A DNA stretch of 64,000 bases from an uncultured Eubacteriales bacterium (GCA_905205975.1 CAJLFQ010000002.1:10134-74133); one strand, 5' to 3'; counted from the first letter of the stretch, positions 47,284 to 57,339 are shown. The notes: generated by a model from the sequence alone, not told the origin. A program made the numbers and translations.

Positions 47284-49206
47284 TCAGTCGAACACTTCAA
47301 ATCCGGCAAAGGCATATGCCGGGAGATCGCGGTCGAAGCAGACGCGGCTGCCTTCGAGGTGCCCGGAGGCGTTCCAGAATTCGACGCGGCTGTATGCGCG
47401 GTCCAGCGCGATGACCGGCGTCAGCACGGCGTCGGGGAAGATGTTCCACAATCCGACGGCCATCGACGATGCGCCGCGCTTGCAGAGCAGATAGAGATCC
47501 GGGTTGCCCGGGCAGACGGCGGGAAGCGGTTTGCGCCCAAGCCACTCTGCCGCACGGATGAGCTGATTCTGGCGGTAGTAGCTGCGCTGGAAACGGTCGG
47601 AACCGTAGGCGTGTTCGGCGTCATAGCCGAGTACCAGAAAGCGCGTGCCATCGGTGTTTTCATAGCGGAACGCGGAGACGGCCGGTTCCGCGAGGACAAA
47701 TTCCGACAGCGCTTCGGCGCCGGGCTTCAGCGTCAGCCCCATCAGACCGCTTGTTTCGCTCAGGGCAAACGGGGCGACGTCGTCTTCTGCGTAGAAGCGT
47801 TCCAGCCCCGGCTTTTCGGAAAGCGGCGCTGCGGCGGCAAGCCCCGTATCGACGCCGCGTTCTTCCAGAATCTGCGCGGCTTTGACGTCGAGCATCAGCC
47901 CGGCGGGCAGCGGAAGGGCGATGTATTTTGCGTTTTCGCCCATGACGGCGCAGACGTTCGAAGGGTCGTAGGAAATGGGCAGGGAGCAGTTGGTCAGGAG
48001 CTGCTGCTCCGGCTGATAGAAATCGGCGTGGACATAGCTGACGCCGATCTCGCGGAAGGGGTCTTCAATTGTCCGGCCGAGCAGCTTCTTCATCGTGCAG
48101 CAGACGCCGATGCCGGCGTCGGATTTGCCGGCAAACCGGCGGTGGATTTCCGCGGCGACGGTGCGGTTGCGCGCTGCGCGGTCGGCATAGCCGGTTTCAC
48201 AGAGCGGTCGGGCGTTGTAGTCGACGCCGTATTTCAGGATGCCGTCCAGCCGGTTGTCGGCGCGGAGGGCGGTGTCGAACAGCTCCAGATAGGCGGACGG
48301 CACCATGTAACGCGGGCGGGGATAGACGTCGCCTTCCGCCAGCACCTCAATGCCCTGCGCTTCGCACCAGTGGCTCTGCATGCGCTCCAGCTCGATGACA
48401 TAGGCGAGCCGGTCGGCCGGTTTGCTCCAGCGGGCAGCCGGCCAATAGGGGGCGCCGATCTGCCGCAGGAAGGGTTTGGTCTTTCCGGCCATGATGTGCG
48501 CCAGCTCGATGGAATCGACGCCGTCGCCGTCCCAGACGGTGATGCAGGAACAGGCGCCGAAACGGATGGCAGGGTTCACGCGGTCGACGGCCGCCCGCAT
48601 CTGCCGGGCAAAATTGCGCAGCGTGTCGCCCATGAGATGGTAGAATGTGTCGCGGTACCGGTTCGGCCCGCCGGTGAACGCCTTGGTCAGGACATCTTCG
48701 GGGGCGATATCCTCGCCCAAACGGCGGCGCAGCTCCGCCATATGGCGGTCGCAGATGCAGCCGCAGCCGCCGCGGGTGCCGAGGCGGTAGTCGTCGTCGA
48801 TCATGATGAGGTCCGGGCCGGTCTCTGCAAGGCGGCCGATGTGGCGGCAGACAGCGCCGGAAAAGGATGGGTCGAGCGGGCAGAAGGAGTCTTCCGCGCA
48901 GATTTGGCCTTTCAGACCGACGAGCCGGGTGAAGCCGCCCTCAGGCTCTGCGGGATAAGGCACCGGGTGTGCGCCGCCGTGGCCGATGGTTGAAATCCAG
49001 ACGCCGACTTCCAGCCCGGCGGCGCGGTAAATCGGGATGGCTCTGGTCAGCGCTTCGTAGTCGCGTTCGTTTTCCGCTTCGGTGCCGAACCCTTGACCGG
49101 GGCAGAGAAACACGCGGGAAGCGCCGAGACGCTTGACTTCGCGGATGTTCTCTTCATAATGCTCTGCAAATCGGACGAGCGGGACGGAGACGGTGTAGGA
49201 TTGCAT
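47284..49206 (-). CDS. Hypothetical cytoplasmic protein, possibly TIM-barrel glycosidase-like
   Basis: 640 aa from ATG 49206 with a GGAGG RBS. Coding-like composition and no signal peptide. No motif I can assign. Confidence 0.6.
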   Translation of the reverse strand: MQSYTVSVPLVRFAEHYEENIREVKRLGASRVFLCPGQGFGTEAENERDYEALTRAIPIYRAAGLEVGVWISTIGHGGAHPVPYPAEPEGGFTRLVGLKGQICAEDSFCPLDPSFSGAVCRHIGRLAETGPDLIMIDDDYRLGTRGGCGCICDRHMAELRRRLGEDIAPEDVLTKAFTGGPNRYRDTFYHLMGDTLRNFARQMRAAVDRVNPAIRFGACSCITVWDGDGVDSIELAHIMAGKTKPFLRQIGAPYWPAARWSKPADRLAYVIELERMQSHWCEAQGIEVLAEGDVYPRPRYMVPSAYLELFDTALRADNRLDGILKYGVDYNARPLCETGYADRAARNRTVAAEIHRRFAGKSDAGIGVCCTMKKLLGRTIEDPFREIGVSYVHADFYQPEQQLLTNCSLPISYDPSNVCAVMGENAKYIALPLPAGLMLDVKAAQILEERGVDTGLAAAAPLSEKPGLERFYAEDDVAPFALSETSGLMGLTLKPGAEALSEFVLAEPAVSAFRYENTDGTRFLVLGYDAEHAYGSDRFQRSYYRQNQLIRAAEWLGRKPLPAVCPGNPDLYLLCKRGASSMAVGLWNIFPDAVLTPVIALDRAYSRVEFWNASGHLEGSRVCFDRDLPAYAFAGFEVFD

Positions 49207-49270
49207 AAAAAAACCTCCTGAAACAGGATTTTGAAACATGTGGCAGCGCGCGGATGCAGGGGGTGGGGTA

Positions 49271-49360
49271 CCTCGGTGGATACGCAAAGTTCCACCTCAT
49301 CCGGCGAAAGCAATTTTCACGGAAAATTGTTTTCGCCACCTTCCCCTGCATAGGGGAAGG
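49271..49360 (+). repeat. Family A variant 2 repeat
   Basis: ctcggtggatacgcaaagttccacctcatccggcgaaagcaattttcacggaaaattgttttcgccaccttcccctgcataggggaaggc. Confidence 0.85.
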
Positions 49361-49473
49361 CTTTGGCGCTTGTCGGATGTGTCCGATGCGCACAAAGGCG
49401 ATGTGCCTTTGTGCGGTCATGAAATCGGCGGTTTCAAAAAACCGTCCTGTTTTTTGCACAGGACGGTTTTTGA

Positions 49474-50865
49474 TCAGAAGCGGAAGTAGAGGAAGGGGTT
49501 ATACGTCGAATTGACGAGGTACGCCGTAGAGACGGTCAGCCCGGCCAGCATGAGAACGGGCGACAGCACGCTGCGGATGCGTTCCGGAATCCGGCGGTAG
49601 AGCCGGACAGCGAGCGGCGTCGAGGCGACGGCCAGCAGAACGAGCAGCACGGCGTAGGAGCGCAGGTCATACCAGAAAGCGCCGTTGACCAGCGTATTTC
49701 CGCAGAAGATGGCGCCCAAATACGCGCCGAGCTTCTTGAAATCTTCGATGGCAAAGATCGCCCAGCTCAGCATGACAAGGACGAGCGTATAGATGTGCCC
49801 GACGAATCCCGGCGCTTTTTTGAGCCACTTGAGCAGGAACGCCTTTTCCAGCATCAGCAGCACGGCGAAATAGACGCCCCACAGCAGGAAGTTCCAGCTT
49901 GCGCCGTGCCAGAGCCCGGTCAGCATCCAGACGACGCAGATGTTCCGGTAGTTTTTCAGCCGGGAAACGCGGTTGCCGCCGAGGGGGATATAGACGTAAT
50001 CGCGGAACCATGTCGACAGCGAGATGTGCCAGCGCCGCCAGAAGTCGGTGATGCTTTTGGCGATGTAGGGGTAGTTGAAGTTTTCCAGAAATTCAAAGCC
50101 GAGCATCCGGCCGAGACCGACCGCCATGTCGGAATAACCGGAAAAGTCGAAGTAAATCTGGAACGTGAACGCGGCGACGCCGAGGATCGCGCCGAGCACG
50201 CTGAGCTCCTGCGCCGGCGTAACAAACGCCGAATCCCAGAGGCCGCCGATGCTGTTGGCGAGCAGAACCTTTTTGCAGAGGCCGATGGTGAACTTTTCGG
50301 CGCCGGAGGCGAATTTTTCCCACGAGTGCGTCCGGGCGTTGAGCTGATCCGCGACGTCTTTATAGCGGATGATCGGCCCGGCGATGAGCTGCGGAAACAG
50401 CGTGACAAACGCGCCGAACCGCACATAGCTGCGCTGGACGTCTGCGTCGGAGCGATAGACGTCAATCGGGTAGGACATCGCCTGGAACGTGTAGAACGAG
50501 ATGCCGATGGGCAGACCGAGCCCCAGAATGGGGAGGCGGATGCCGGTCAGGCCGGTGAAGCTGGCGGCCAGAAAGTCATAATACTTGAAGAAGACGAGCA
50601 GCGCCAGGTTGACCGCGCACGACCAGAAGATGATGCGGCGCGCCTTTCGATCTTGGCTGCGGTACTTTTCGACGAGGAGCCCGGCGCCGTAGTTCAGCGT
50701 GATGGAAAAGAGCATCAGCAGAATGTAGACCGGTTCACCCCAGCCGTAAAAAACGAGGCTGACGAGAAACAGCACCAGATTGCGCCAAGCCATGGGGACG
50801 GCGTAATATACGGCCAGCGTCAGCGGCAGATAGACGAAGAGAAACGGGAGACTGGAAAAAACCAT
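49474..50865 (-). CDS. MBOAT-family membrane O-acyltransferase (AlgI/DltB-like)
   Basis: Multi-TM protein. FWRRWHISLSTWFRDYVYIPLGGNR contains the conserved MBOAT His. Confidence 0.9.
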   Translation of the reverse strand: MVFSSLPFLFVYLPLTLAVYYAVPMAWRNLVLFLVSLVFYGWGEPVYILLMLFSITLNYGAGLLVEKYRSQDRKARRIIFWSCAVNLALLVFFKYYDFLAASFTGLTGIRLPILGLGLPIGISFYTFQAMSYPIDVYRSDADVQRSYVRFGAFVTLFPQLIAGPIIRYKDVADQLNARTHSWEKFASGAEKFTIGLCKKVLLANSIGGLWDSAFVTPAQELSVLGAILGVAAFTFQIYFDFSGYSDMAVGLGRMLGFEFLENFNYPYIAKSITDFWRRWHISLSTWFRDYVYIPLGGNRVSRLKNYRNICVVWMLTGLWHGASWNFLLWGVYFAVLLMLEKAFLLKWLKKAPGFVGHIYTLVLVMLSWAIFAIEDFKKLGAYLGAIFCGNTLVNGAFWYDLRSYAVLLVLLAVASTPLAVRLYRRIPERIRSVLSPVLMLAGLTVSTAYLVNSTYNPFLYFRF

Positions 50866-50932
50866 GGCGGAAAAACCCTTTCAGGAAAGAACATTTGAGA
50901 GGCTCAGGGGAGAGGCTCAAGAGAAAATCAGG

Positions 50933-52045
50933 TCAGCGCGCCGAAAATGCTTCCCGGATTGCGTCGTACGCCGGTTTGCGCGTGCCGTCGCAGCGGGTGA
51001 TGCCCCATGCCGTTTCGCACGGGCAGTCCGACGCGCCGCAGTTGAAGCAGGTCGGGCTGTCGCGCCAGCAGAAGATGACGGCGCCGGCCAGATGTTCGTT
51101 CCGGCGCAGCATGGGCAGCAGGCGGCGGTAGAACGCAGCCTGACCTTCCTCCGTATGCGGGATGTCGCTCTTTGTAAACCATTTTTTCAGGAGGTGCGTC
51201 CAGTTGCTGAAGACATAATTCTTCCGGTCTTCCGGGGCGCAGTTTTTGGCGCATGCCCGCATGGGTTCCGGCAGCGTTTCAATGAAGTCGTCCAGACGTT
51301 CAACGGCATCGTCGAGGTCGGAAAATCCGCGCGCGTTCAGATAGGCCTTGATCTCTGCGTCGGCGTCTTCAACGATGCCGCCGGTCGAGGGGAAGCCGAA
51401 CTCCATGAGGATGATCGGCGTCTGATTGCCCTGCGCATACAGCGTTTCGATTTCGCGGACATAATCGTCCGGTCCGCCGTCGCCCCAGGAGCCGCAGTAG
51501 CAGTCCAGACCAATGTAGTCGTCCGGGCCTGCCGCAGCGATCAGGCGCGGACGGATGCCGCTGTTGCTGCCGACGGCGCAGTCCGGGTCGCCTGCGCGGA
51601 CGCCTTTGGTGCAGGCGATGAGAAAATCGGTCGCTTCCTCATCGGTCAGCGGGTCGCGGAAGAAGACGATGTGCATTTCGTTTGTGATCTGCCAGCAGTG
51701 GACGAGACCGCGCAGCTCTTCGGCCATGTACTTGCAGACGGCTTCAGCCTGTGCAAGCCCTTCGGCGGTGCGGACATCGATGCCGTTGGCTAAGAACGCG
51801 CGTGGATACGGCGTGATGCCGATGACGCGGATGCCCTTGCCGAGGTACGTCCGGCACATGGCCTTGTAGTCGAGGAACCACTGCGACGGCGTGCCGTCGC
51901 TGTTGAAGGGGTAGGGGGTATCGGAACGGATCCAGCGGATGCTCGCTTCGAGCAGGGCGTCTGTTTCGCCGCACGGGTGGCAGATGCCTTGGATAAAACC
52001 GCCGGTTTTTTCATACAGGCGGGCACGGACATCGGTTTGAGGCAT
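50933..52045 (-). CDS. Hypothetical protein, clan GH-A-like TIM-barrel (tentative)
   Basis: CWQITNEMH (NE acid/base-like) and ILMEFGFPS (nucleophile-like). Cys-rich C-terminus CFNCGASDCPCE. GGAGG RBS before ATG 52045. Confidence 0.55.
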   Translation of the reverse strand: MPQTDVRARLYEKTGGFIQGICHPCGETDALLEASIRWIRSDTPYPFNSDGTPSQWFLDYKAMCRTYLGKGIRVIGITPYPRAFLANGIDVRTAEGLAQAEAVCKYMAEELRGLVHCWQITNEMHIVFFRDPLTDEEATDFLIACTKGVRAGDPDCAVGSNSGIRPRLIAAAGPDDYIGLDCYCGSWGDGGPDDYVREIETLYAQGNQTPIILMEFGFPSTGGIVEDADAEIKAYLNARGFSDLDDAVERLDDFIETLPEPMRACAKNCAPEDRKNYVFSNWTHLLKKWFTKSDIPHTEEGQAAFYRRLLPMLRRNEHLAGAVIFCWRDSPTCFNCGASDCPCETAWGITRCDGTRKPAYDAIREAFSAR

Positions 52046-52174
52046 AGTTGTTTTCCTCCTTGCATCAGCAGATTGAATCAGCAGATCGGCTGTAATCGGA
52101 ATCAATCATGGGTTGAATGAGTCGGAATCAGAAGCACATTGGATGGATTGGCGAACAACAAGCGGCAGCGGGCA

Positions 52175-53305
52175 TCAGATGCGGCTGTCGAGGCGGCCGG
52201 ACCACGTTTCGCGGAAGGCGTCGAACCGCTTCTCCTCGATGGCGAGCCGGATTTCGCCCATCAGGTTGTTGTAGAACCAGAGGTTGTGCATGACGCAGAG
52301 GCGCAGACCGAGCACTTCGCCGGAGCGGAGCAGATGGCGCAGGTACCCGCGGGAATGCTTCGCGCAGACCGGGCAGCCGCACGTCTCGTCGATCGGACGG
52401 GGGTCGTCGGCATACTGCTGGTTGTTCAGGTTGATGCGGCCATTTCGGGTGTGGAGGTGGCCGTGACGCGCGTTGCGCGCGGGCATGACGCAGTCAAAGA
52501 AATCGACGCCGCGCCAGACGGCTTCGATGATGTTGGAGGGCGTGCCGACGCCCATCAGATAGCGCGGACGGTCGGGCGGCATATGCGGCTCCACGGCGTC
52601 AATGACGCGGTACATCTCTTCGGTCGGTTCGCCGACGGCCAGACCGCCGATGGCATAGCCGGGCAGCTCCAGCTTGGCGATGGCCTTCATATGCGCGACG
52701 CGGATTTCCGCCGACGTGCCGCCCTGGTTGATGCCCCACAGCATTTGACCGGGGTTGACGGCTGTCCCTTCCCGGCGGATGCGGTCCATTTCGTCGCGGC
52801 AGCGCGTGAGCCAGCGGACGGTTCGTTCGCAGGAGCGGCGGACATAATCGTCGGGCGACGGGTTTTCGATGCACTCGTCAAACGCCATGGCGATGTCGCT
52901 GCCCAGCCCGGATTGGATGCGCATACTCTCTTCCGGCCCCATGAAGATGCGGCGCCCGTCAATGTGGGAGGCGAATGCGACGCCTTCTTCCGTGATTTTG
53001 CGGAGCGTCGCCAGCGAGAAAACCTGGAAGCCGCCGCTGTCGGTCAGAATGGGGCGGGACCAGTTCATAAAGCCGTGCAGACCGCCGAGGGATCGGACAA
53101 TGTCTTCGCCGGGGCGGAGGTGCAGGTGATAGGTGTTGGACAGCTCGACCTGACAGCCGATCTGTTCCAAATCTTCGGCGGCCAGACCGCCCTTGATGGC
53201 GGCCTGCGTGCCGACGTTCATAAAGACGGGGGTTTCCACCGTCCCGTGGGCGCAGGTGAAGCGGCCGCGGCGCGCGCGGCCGTCTGTTTGCAGCAGTTCA
53301 AACAA
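52175..53305 (-). CDS. tgt: tRNA-guanine transglycosylase (queuine tRNA-ribosyltransferase)
   Basis: TPVFMNVGT, LTDSGGFQ and GLAVGE motifs, plus Zn site CGCPVCAKHSRGYLRHL. TTG 53305 lies 9 nt after GGAGG. The ATG at 53335 (track) lacks an RBS. Confidence 0.93.
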   Translation of the reverse strand: MFELLQTDGRARRGRFTCAHGTVETPVFMNVGTQAAIKGGLAAEDLEQIGCQVELSNTYHLHLRPGEDIVRSLGGLHGFMNWSRPILTDSGGFQVFSLATLRKITEEGVAFASHIDGRRIFMGPEESMRIQSGLGSDIAMAFDECIENPSPDDYVRRSCERTVRWLTRCRDEMDRIRREGTAVNPGQMLWGINQGGTSAEIRVAHMKAIAKLELPGYAIGGLAVGEPTEEMYRVIDAVEPHMPPDRPRYLMGVGTPSNIIEAVWRGVDFFDCVMPARNARHGHLHTRNGRINLNNQQYADDPRPIDETCGCPVCAKHSRGYLRHLLRSGEVLGLRLCVMHNLWFYNNLMGEIRLAIEEKRFDAFRETWSGRLDSRI

Positions 53306-53440
53306 GGTAAAATGCCTCCGAAAAAAGGTATTCATTCTGAATGTGCGAGGGGAACTATGAAAATCATATCATACCGGGCGCCGGGTGTCAAGTCCGGAAG
53401 GGTCGGATTCTGAACAATCTGCAAATTTCATCAGAGCCGC

Positions 53441-53469
53441 TTGCAAAGCAGGCGAAAAAGGTGTAAAAT
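53441..53469 (+). promoter_or_regulatory. sigma-A type promoter
   Basis: TTGCAA, 17-nt spacer, TAAAAT. Confidence 0.5.
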
Positions 53470-53500
53470 AAGCGTATTCTTTGGAACCGGAGGTTTCAAT

Positions 53501-53650
53501 ATGCAGAACGAACCGACAAAACCGAAAGCGGCCGCACGGCTCTGCGCAGCTTTGGCGCGCGGCGCCTATTGGCTCTGGCTTGCCCTGATGTCCTGCGGGA
53601 CGCTGGCCATTGTCGTTTACGCGCTCTTTTTGAAAACGGCGCTGATCTGA
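53501..53650 (+). CDS. Small (49 aa) predicted membrane protein
   Basis: GGAGG RBS 7 nt before ATG 53501. One or two hydrophobic helices (YWLWLALMSCGTLAIVVYALFL). Promoter upstream. Confidence 0.45.
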   Translation: MQNEPTKPKAAARLCAALARGAYWLWLALMSCGTLAIVVYALFLKTALI

Positions 53651-53681
53651 CCGGAAGACAGCGGCGAAACGGAGGCAATGG

Positions 53682-53710
53682 TTGCAATTCCCGGGCAAAT
53701 GTGGTATCAT
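53682..53710 (+). promoter_or_regulatory. sigma-A type promoter
   Basis: TTGCAA, 17-nt spacer, TATCAT, with TGg upstream. Confidence 0.55.
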
Positions 53711-53765
53711 ATAGAAAATGGCGTGCATGCGCAGGCCAAAATAAAATGAAACAGAATGAAATGAA

Positions 53766-54221
53766 TTGAAAGCGGGGCAGAAACCTGTGGCGGCCATCTC
53801 AAAGAAAACGTGGATCTCGAAAATCATCATCCTGCTGCTGATTGCCGCGGTGATTGTCGGGCTGGTTGCCGCCGTACGCGCCTACCGCAGAGAAATCGTC
53901 TGCCCCGTCTCTATGACGGTGCAGTCGCCGTCCGGTGAGAAATCCCTGACCGGCGAGCTGACGTTCCGCCGTGCGCTCTTCGAGCCGACGGTCGTTTCCG
54001 GCTGGCTCCGCATGGACGGGGCCGTGTACCGCGCAGAGGACCATGCACCCGAAGGGACGCTCTGGCAGAAGCTGAAAGGCGAACCCCTGACCTTGATGCT
54101 GACCGGTGAATCCGGCGAAACGCTGACGGCGGTCGGACTCAAAAACCAGAACTTTGAAACGCTGACGTTCCGCACCGGCGCGGGCGAAACGCTGACCGCT
54201 TCGGCGAAAGAACAGCGCTGA
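53766..54221 (+). CDS. Membrane-anchored hypothetical protein
   Basis: N-terminal TM helix ISKIIILLLIAAVIVGLVAAV followed by a ~110-aa soluble domain. Start uncertain (TTG 53766 or GTG 53787). Confidence 0.55.
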   Translation: MKAGQKPVAAISKKTWISKIIILLLIAAVIVGLVAAVRAYRREIVCPVSMTVQSPSGEKSLTGELTFRRALFEPTVVSGWLRMDGAVYRAEDHAPEGTLWQKLKGEPLTLMLTGESGETLTAVGLKNQNFETLTFRTGAGETLTASAKEQR

Positions 54222-54236
54222 CAGAATCACAACAGA

Positions 54237-54281
54237 AAATCACCGGAAACGCCTGAACAGGCGAATCCCGGTGATTTTTTT
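54237..54281. terminator. Bidirectional terminator
   Basis: aaaatcaccgg...(inner cgcctgaacaggcg hairpin)...ccggtgattttttt. Confidence 0.8.
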
Positions 54282-54321
54282 GCGTTTGCGGCGGATGCGG
54301 AAGCGCCCTGCGGGGTGCGTC

Positions 54322-55443
54322 TCATTCGGCGTCGCCGAGGCAGACGGTGACGAGAAAGCCGTCGACGTTGTCGCCGGAGAGGACGGTTTCGCCTTCGGCG
54401 GGTTCAAAAACCTCGCCCGTGCAGCGGCAGATTTCATAGCGTTTGCCGAGGCAGTCGACCGTCAGATGCTGTCCTTCGAACGGATACTGCTTCAGCCAGT
54501 CGAGGTATTCCTCCAGGCAGAAGTTGTGTTCCGCGATCAGCATGGCGTGCGGCAGACCGACATAGCGGTAATGCCACGTTTCGCCGGAAATCCCCGTCAC
54601 AGCGGCTTTCTCCTCCGGGTACCGCTGAATAAAGCCGTACCGCCAAGCGTTGTCCTTGATCCAGACATACGGCCCTTCGCCGGTAAAATCATCGCTCAGC
54701 CCAGTGGACTCAAAATAGAGCGCGAGATCCACCGCCAGCCCGGTGTGATGTTCGCTTTCGCCGGGGTGGGCGATATACTTTTCGGCGTGGTCCTGACCCT
54801 TTTCACGGACGGCCTTGTCCCACAGGCGGCGCTGATAATCCGCTGAACGCCATCCGGCGACGATGTTGATCGTCCGGAGGCCGCTCTCGGCGGCAAAATC
54901 CGAGAGCATCCGGTTCAGCGGATCGACGATTTGTTTGGAGACGTACAAACCGGTCGAGCGGACGAAGTAATCGCTGTTCTTGGTGTCGGAGAGCTGAACC
55001 AGCGTCTCCGCCGCGGAGGCGTCAAACGGCGTCCCGGCACGCGCCAGAATCAGCGTCCCTTGCGACAGGTCGTCTGCCGTGACGGCGACGCGCTGCCAGC
55101 CTGCTGCCTGCCAGTCCGTTTCCGGCGGCGACTGACCGGTTCCGTCGGTCGCATGGGAGACCGAACCGGTCATATCGGCAGATGTGGGGACGCTTGTGCC
55201 GGGCGATGTCGAGAAGCCTGCTTTGCCGCCGGGATTCGACTGGAAAAAAGCGCGCAGGCTGTATGCGGCGGCGGCCGGAAACAGCAGGGCCGCTGCCGTC
55301 ACGGCAATGACAGCGGCCATCCGCCTGCGGCGAATCCGTTTTTTCTGCCGGGATTTGGGCGGCGCAGGCGGTTTTGTTCGTGCGCCGCCCTGCGGATCAT
55401 CTGTCAAATCGTCGTCCTGCAATGGATACCAATCCGGATTCAT
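54322..55443 (-). CDS. M15B-family D-alanyl-D-alanine carboxypeptidase (VanY-like), membrane-anchored
   Basis: GWRSADYQRRLW, SEHHTGLAVDL and WHYRYVG motifs. Basic/TM N-terminus. ATG 55443 overlaps the upstream gene stop (ATGA). Confidence 0.8.
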   Translation of the reverse strand: MNPDWYPLQDDDLTDDPQGGARTKPPAPPKSRQKKRIRRRRMAAVIAVTAAALLFPAAAAYSLRAFFQSNPGGKAGFSTSPGTSVPTSADMTGSVSHATDGTGQSPPETDWQAAGWQRVAVTADDLSQGTLILARAGTPFDASAAETLVQLSDTKNSDYFVRSTGLYVSKQIVDPLNRMLSDFAAESGLRTINIVAGWRSADYQRRLWDKAVREKGQDHAEKYIAHPGESEHHTGLAVDLALYFESTGLSDDFTGEGPYVWIKDNAWRYGFIQRYPEEKAAVTGISGETWHYRYVGLPHAMLIAEHNFCLEEYLDWLKQYPFEGQHLTVDCLGKRYEICRCTGEVFEPAEGETVLSGDNVDGFLVTVCLGDAE

Positions 55444-56405
55444 GCATTCAATCTCCCTTCCTGTTGAGTGGAACAGCCGAGCAGCTCCAGCACGCATTCG
55501 ATGAAGCGGTCTGCGTCGCCGCCGGTCTGAAACGATTCCAGACAGTCTGAACCGCCCGGAAATTCAAACAGACACGCGTCGTAACCGAGCGCGGCTGCAT
55601 AAGCGGTCAGATAGCCCGACCCCTTGCGGCAGTCCGCCCACGTGTTGTCCGGAAATCGTTCCTGAAAGGCGGCAAACAGCGCGCCGTCTCTGCCGTCGGA
55701 GGTGATCGTCTGGCGGTACCAGCCGTGAACGTCGATGCAGATGTTCCGGCCGCTGCCGCGGGTGGATTCAAGAAAAACGGACAGTGCTTCCGCTTCGACG
55801 CAAGCAAGCGGCGCGTCGCCGTTGGCGTTCCGCGCGCCGGACTGCTTTTCCCAAAGCGCCGGGAAGCAGCGGTTCATATCGACGCCAACGGACAGAAGCG
55901 TCCCGTTTTCGCTGTACGAGGCGGTCGTGCAGCGGCCGGGACCGTTGTTGGTGTGCCCGTCTAAGAGCCCGTCCGGATTCAGACAGGGCAGCACCCAGAC
56001 CGTCCAGCCCGCTTCGCAGAGCGCATCGCCCATGCCGTCGAGGACATCCATCAGCCGGTGTGCCGTCCAGACGAGCGCAGCGCCGTCCGCCGGGAAGGCG
56101 TCTTCATAGCCGTGGATGGCGAACGTCAGCACCATGACGTTCTGTCCGTCGCCGAACCGGTAGGCCTTGAGCGCGCGCCCTGCGCCGGAACGACCGTATT
56201 CGACCGCATCGGATCGCTCCAGCGCTGCAAGATGCGCCTGATTCAGCGTCTGTTCGGGCGTGGGGCCCAATGTGCGTGCCAGCCGGTTGGCGGCAAACGC
56301 CGCAATGCCGCCTGTGAGCATCAGCGCACAGACGAGCAGAGCCGTGCGGCGTCTGCGCCGGACGCGCCGCTTCTGCCGTGAGACACGGCACATACCGACC
56401 TGCAT
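55440..56405 (-). CDS. M14-family zinc carboxypeptidase-like protein (gamma-D-Glu-DAP peptidase-like, tentative)
   Basis: N-terminal TM anchor. FAIHGYEDAF (HxxE Zn motif), LNPDG and a downstream IDVHGWY His. Confidence 0.55.
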   Translation of the reverse strand: MQVGMCRVSRQKRRVRRRRRTALLVCALMLTGGIAAFAANRLARTLGPTPEQTLNQAHLAALERSDAVEYGRSGAGRALKAYRFGDGQNVMVLTFAIHGYEDAFPADGAALVWTAHRLMDVLDGMGDALCEAGWTVWVLPCLNPDGLLDGHTNNGPGRCTTASYSENGTLLSVGVDMNRCFPALWEKQSGARNANGDAPLACVEAEALSVFLESTRGSGRNICIDVHGWYRQTITSDGRDGALFAAFQERFPDNTWADCRKGSGYLTAYAAALGYDACLFEFPGGSDCLESFQTGGDADRFIECVLELLGCSTQQEGRLNA

Positions 56406-56517
56406 ACAAAAATCCCCACCTTTCTGCTGTTCCTGCGGCCTGTTTTGACCGCAAGCACAGTATAAAACGGTGAGGATTCATTTTTGCATTGTTTTGGCAT
56501 CGAAACGGCATCGCCGC

Positions 56518-57339
56518 TCAGCGCCCGGCGTTGAAGCGCAGTTCATACGGCGTGATCAGCAGACCGACCGTGCAGGTATTGCCGGAACGGTCCGTCAGGC
56601 AGACGTCCCAGGAAAAGCTGTAAAAGTACGGCGTTCGGATCTCTGAGTCGGGCTGCAGCGTGACCGTGCAGCCGGAAAATCCGTTGCGCTCGCAGACCGC
56701 ATCGGCCAGTGCATCGGCCAGCGTGTCCAGCTTTGTGGTGATGGTATCGAGCATGATTTTATCCAGATTGGGCGGAAGCGGCCATGCGGACGGGGACGCA
56801 TCCGGGTCGTCGTACATCAGCTCACGGGTGATTTGAAAAGAGATCAGCGCGCCCGTCGAATCGTCGATGGCCTGCTGCACATACAAATGGGCGCTCGGCT
56901 CCCGCTGGCCGTCCTGCACGGCGTACTGATTTCTGGCGTCGATTTCCCAGAGGATGATCGTCGTGCCGTCGTCTTTGGCGAGCAGAAACGGCGTGCAGCT
57001 GCTGTTTTGGAGGCTGCCTGCGTCGAACAGACCGAGGGCCGCCATGCGGTCATACCATGTTTCGGCGTAGCCGCAGGCCTCTTCGGATTTCAGGTTCAGC
57101 CCCTGCGTCAGTTCAAACGAGTGCACGAATGCGTTCTCGTCGATCCACTGCATCCGTTCTGCGATGTTTTCGTCTTTATGTCCGCCGAGGCTGATGGGCT
57201 CCATCTCGTAAACGCCCAGTTCACGCTGGCGCTGTGCGTCTTCATAGCGGACGATGGCCTGCGGCAGGAAGGTTCCGACGGCGACGGCCGCCGCCAGAAG
57301 CAGCAGTGCAGAAAGTGCGCCGAACAGCCGGATTTTCAT
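56518..57339 (-). CDS. Membrane-anchored hypothetical protein co-transcribed with the two-component system
   Basis: Signal/anchor MKIRLFGALSALLLLAAAVAV. Overlaps the HK stop by 4 nt. No recognisable motif. Confidence 0.6.
   Translation of the reverse strand: MKIRLFGALSALLLLAAAVAVGTFLPQAIVRYEDAQRQRELGVYEMEPISLGGHKDENIAERMQWIDENAFVHSFELTQGLNLKSEEACGYAETWYDRMAALGLFDAGSLQNSSCTPFLLAKDDGTTIILWEIDARNQYAVQDGQREPSAHLYVQQAIDDSTGALISFQITRELMYDDPDASPSAWPLPPNLDKIMLDTITTKLDTLADALADAVCERNGFSGCTVTLQPDSEIRTPYFYSFSWDVCLTDRSGNTCTVGLLITPYELRFNAGR

Noticed and set aside
47257-53413. Plus-strand ORFs 47257-48993, 49795-50898, 50864-51793 and 52139-53413.
   Set aside because: They lie opposite convincing minus-strand genes (the 640-aa protein, MBOAT, the GH-like protein, tgt). 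They have no motifs and a biased composition.
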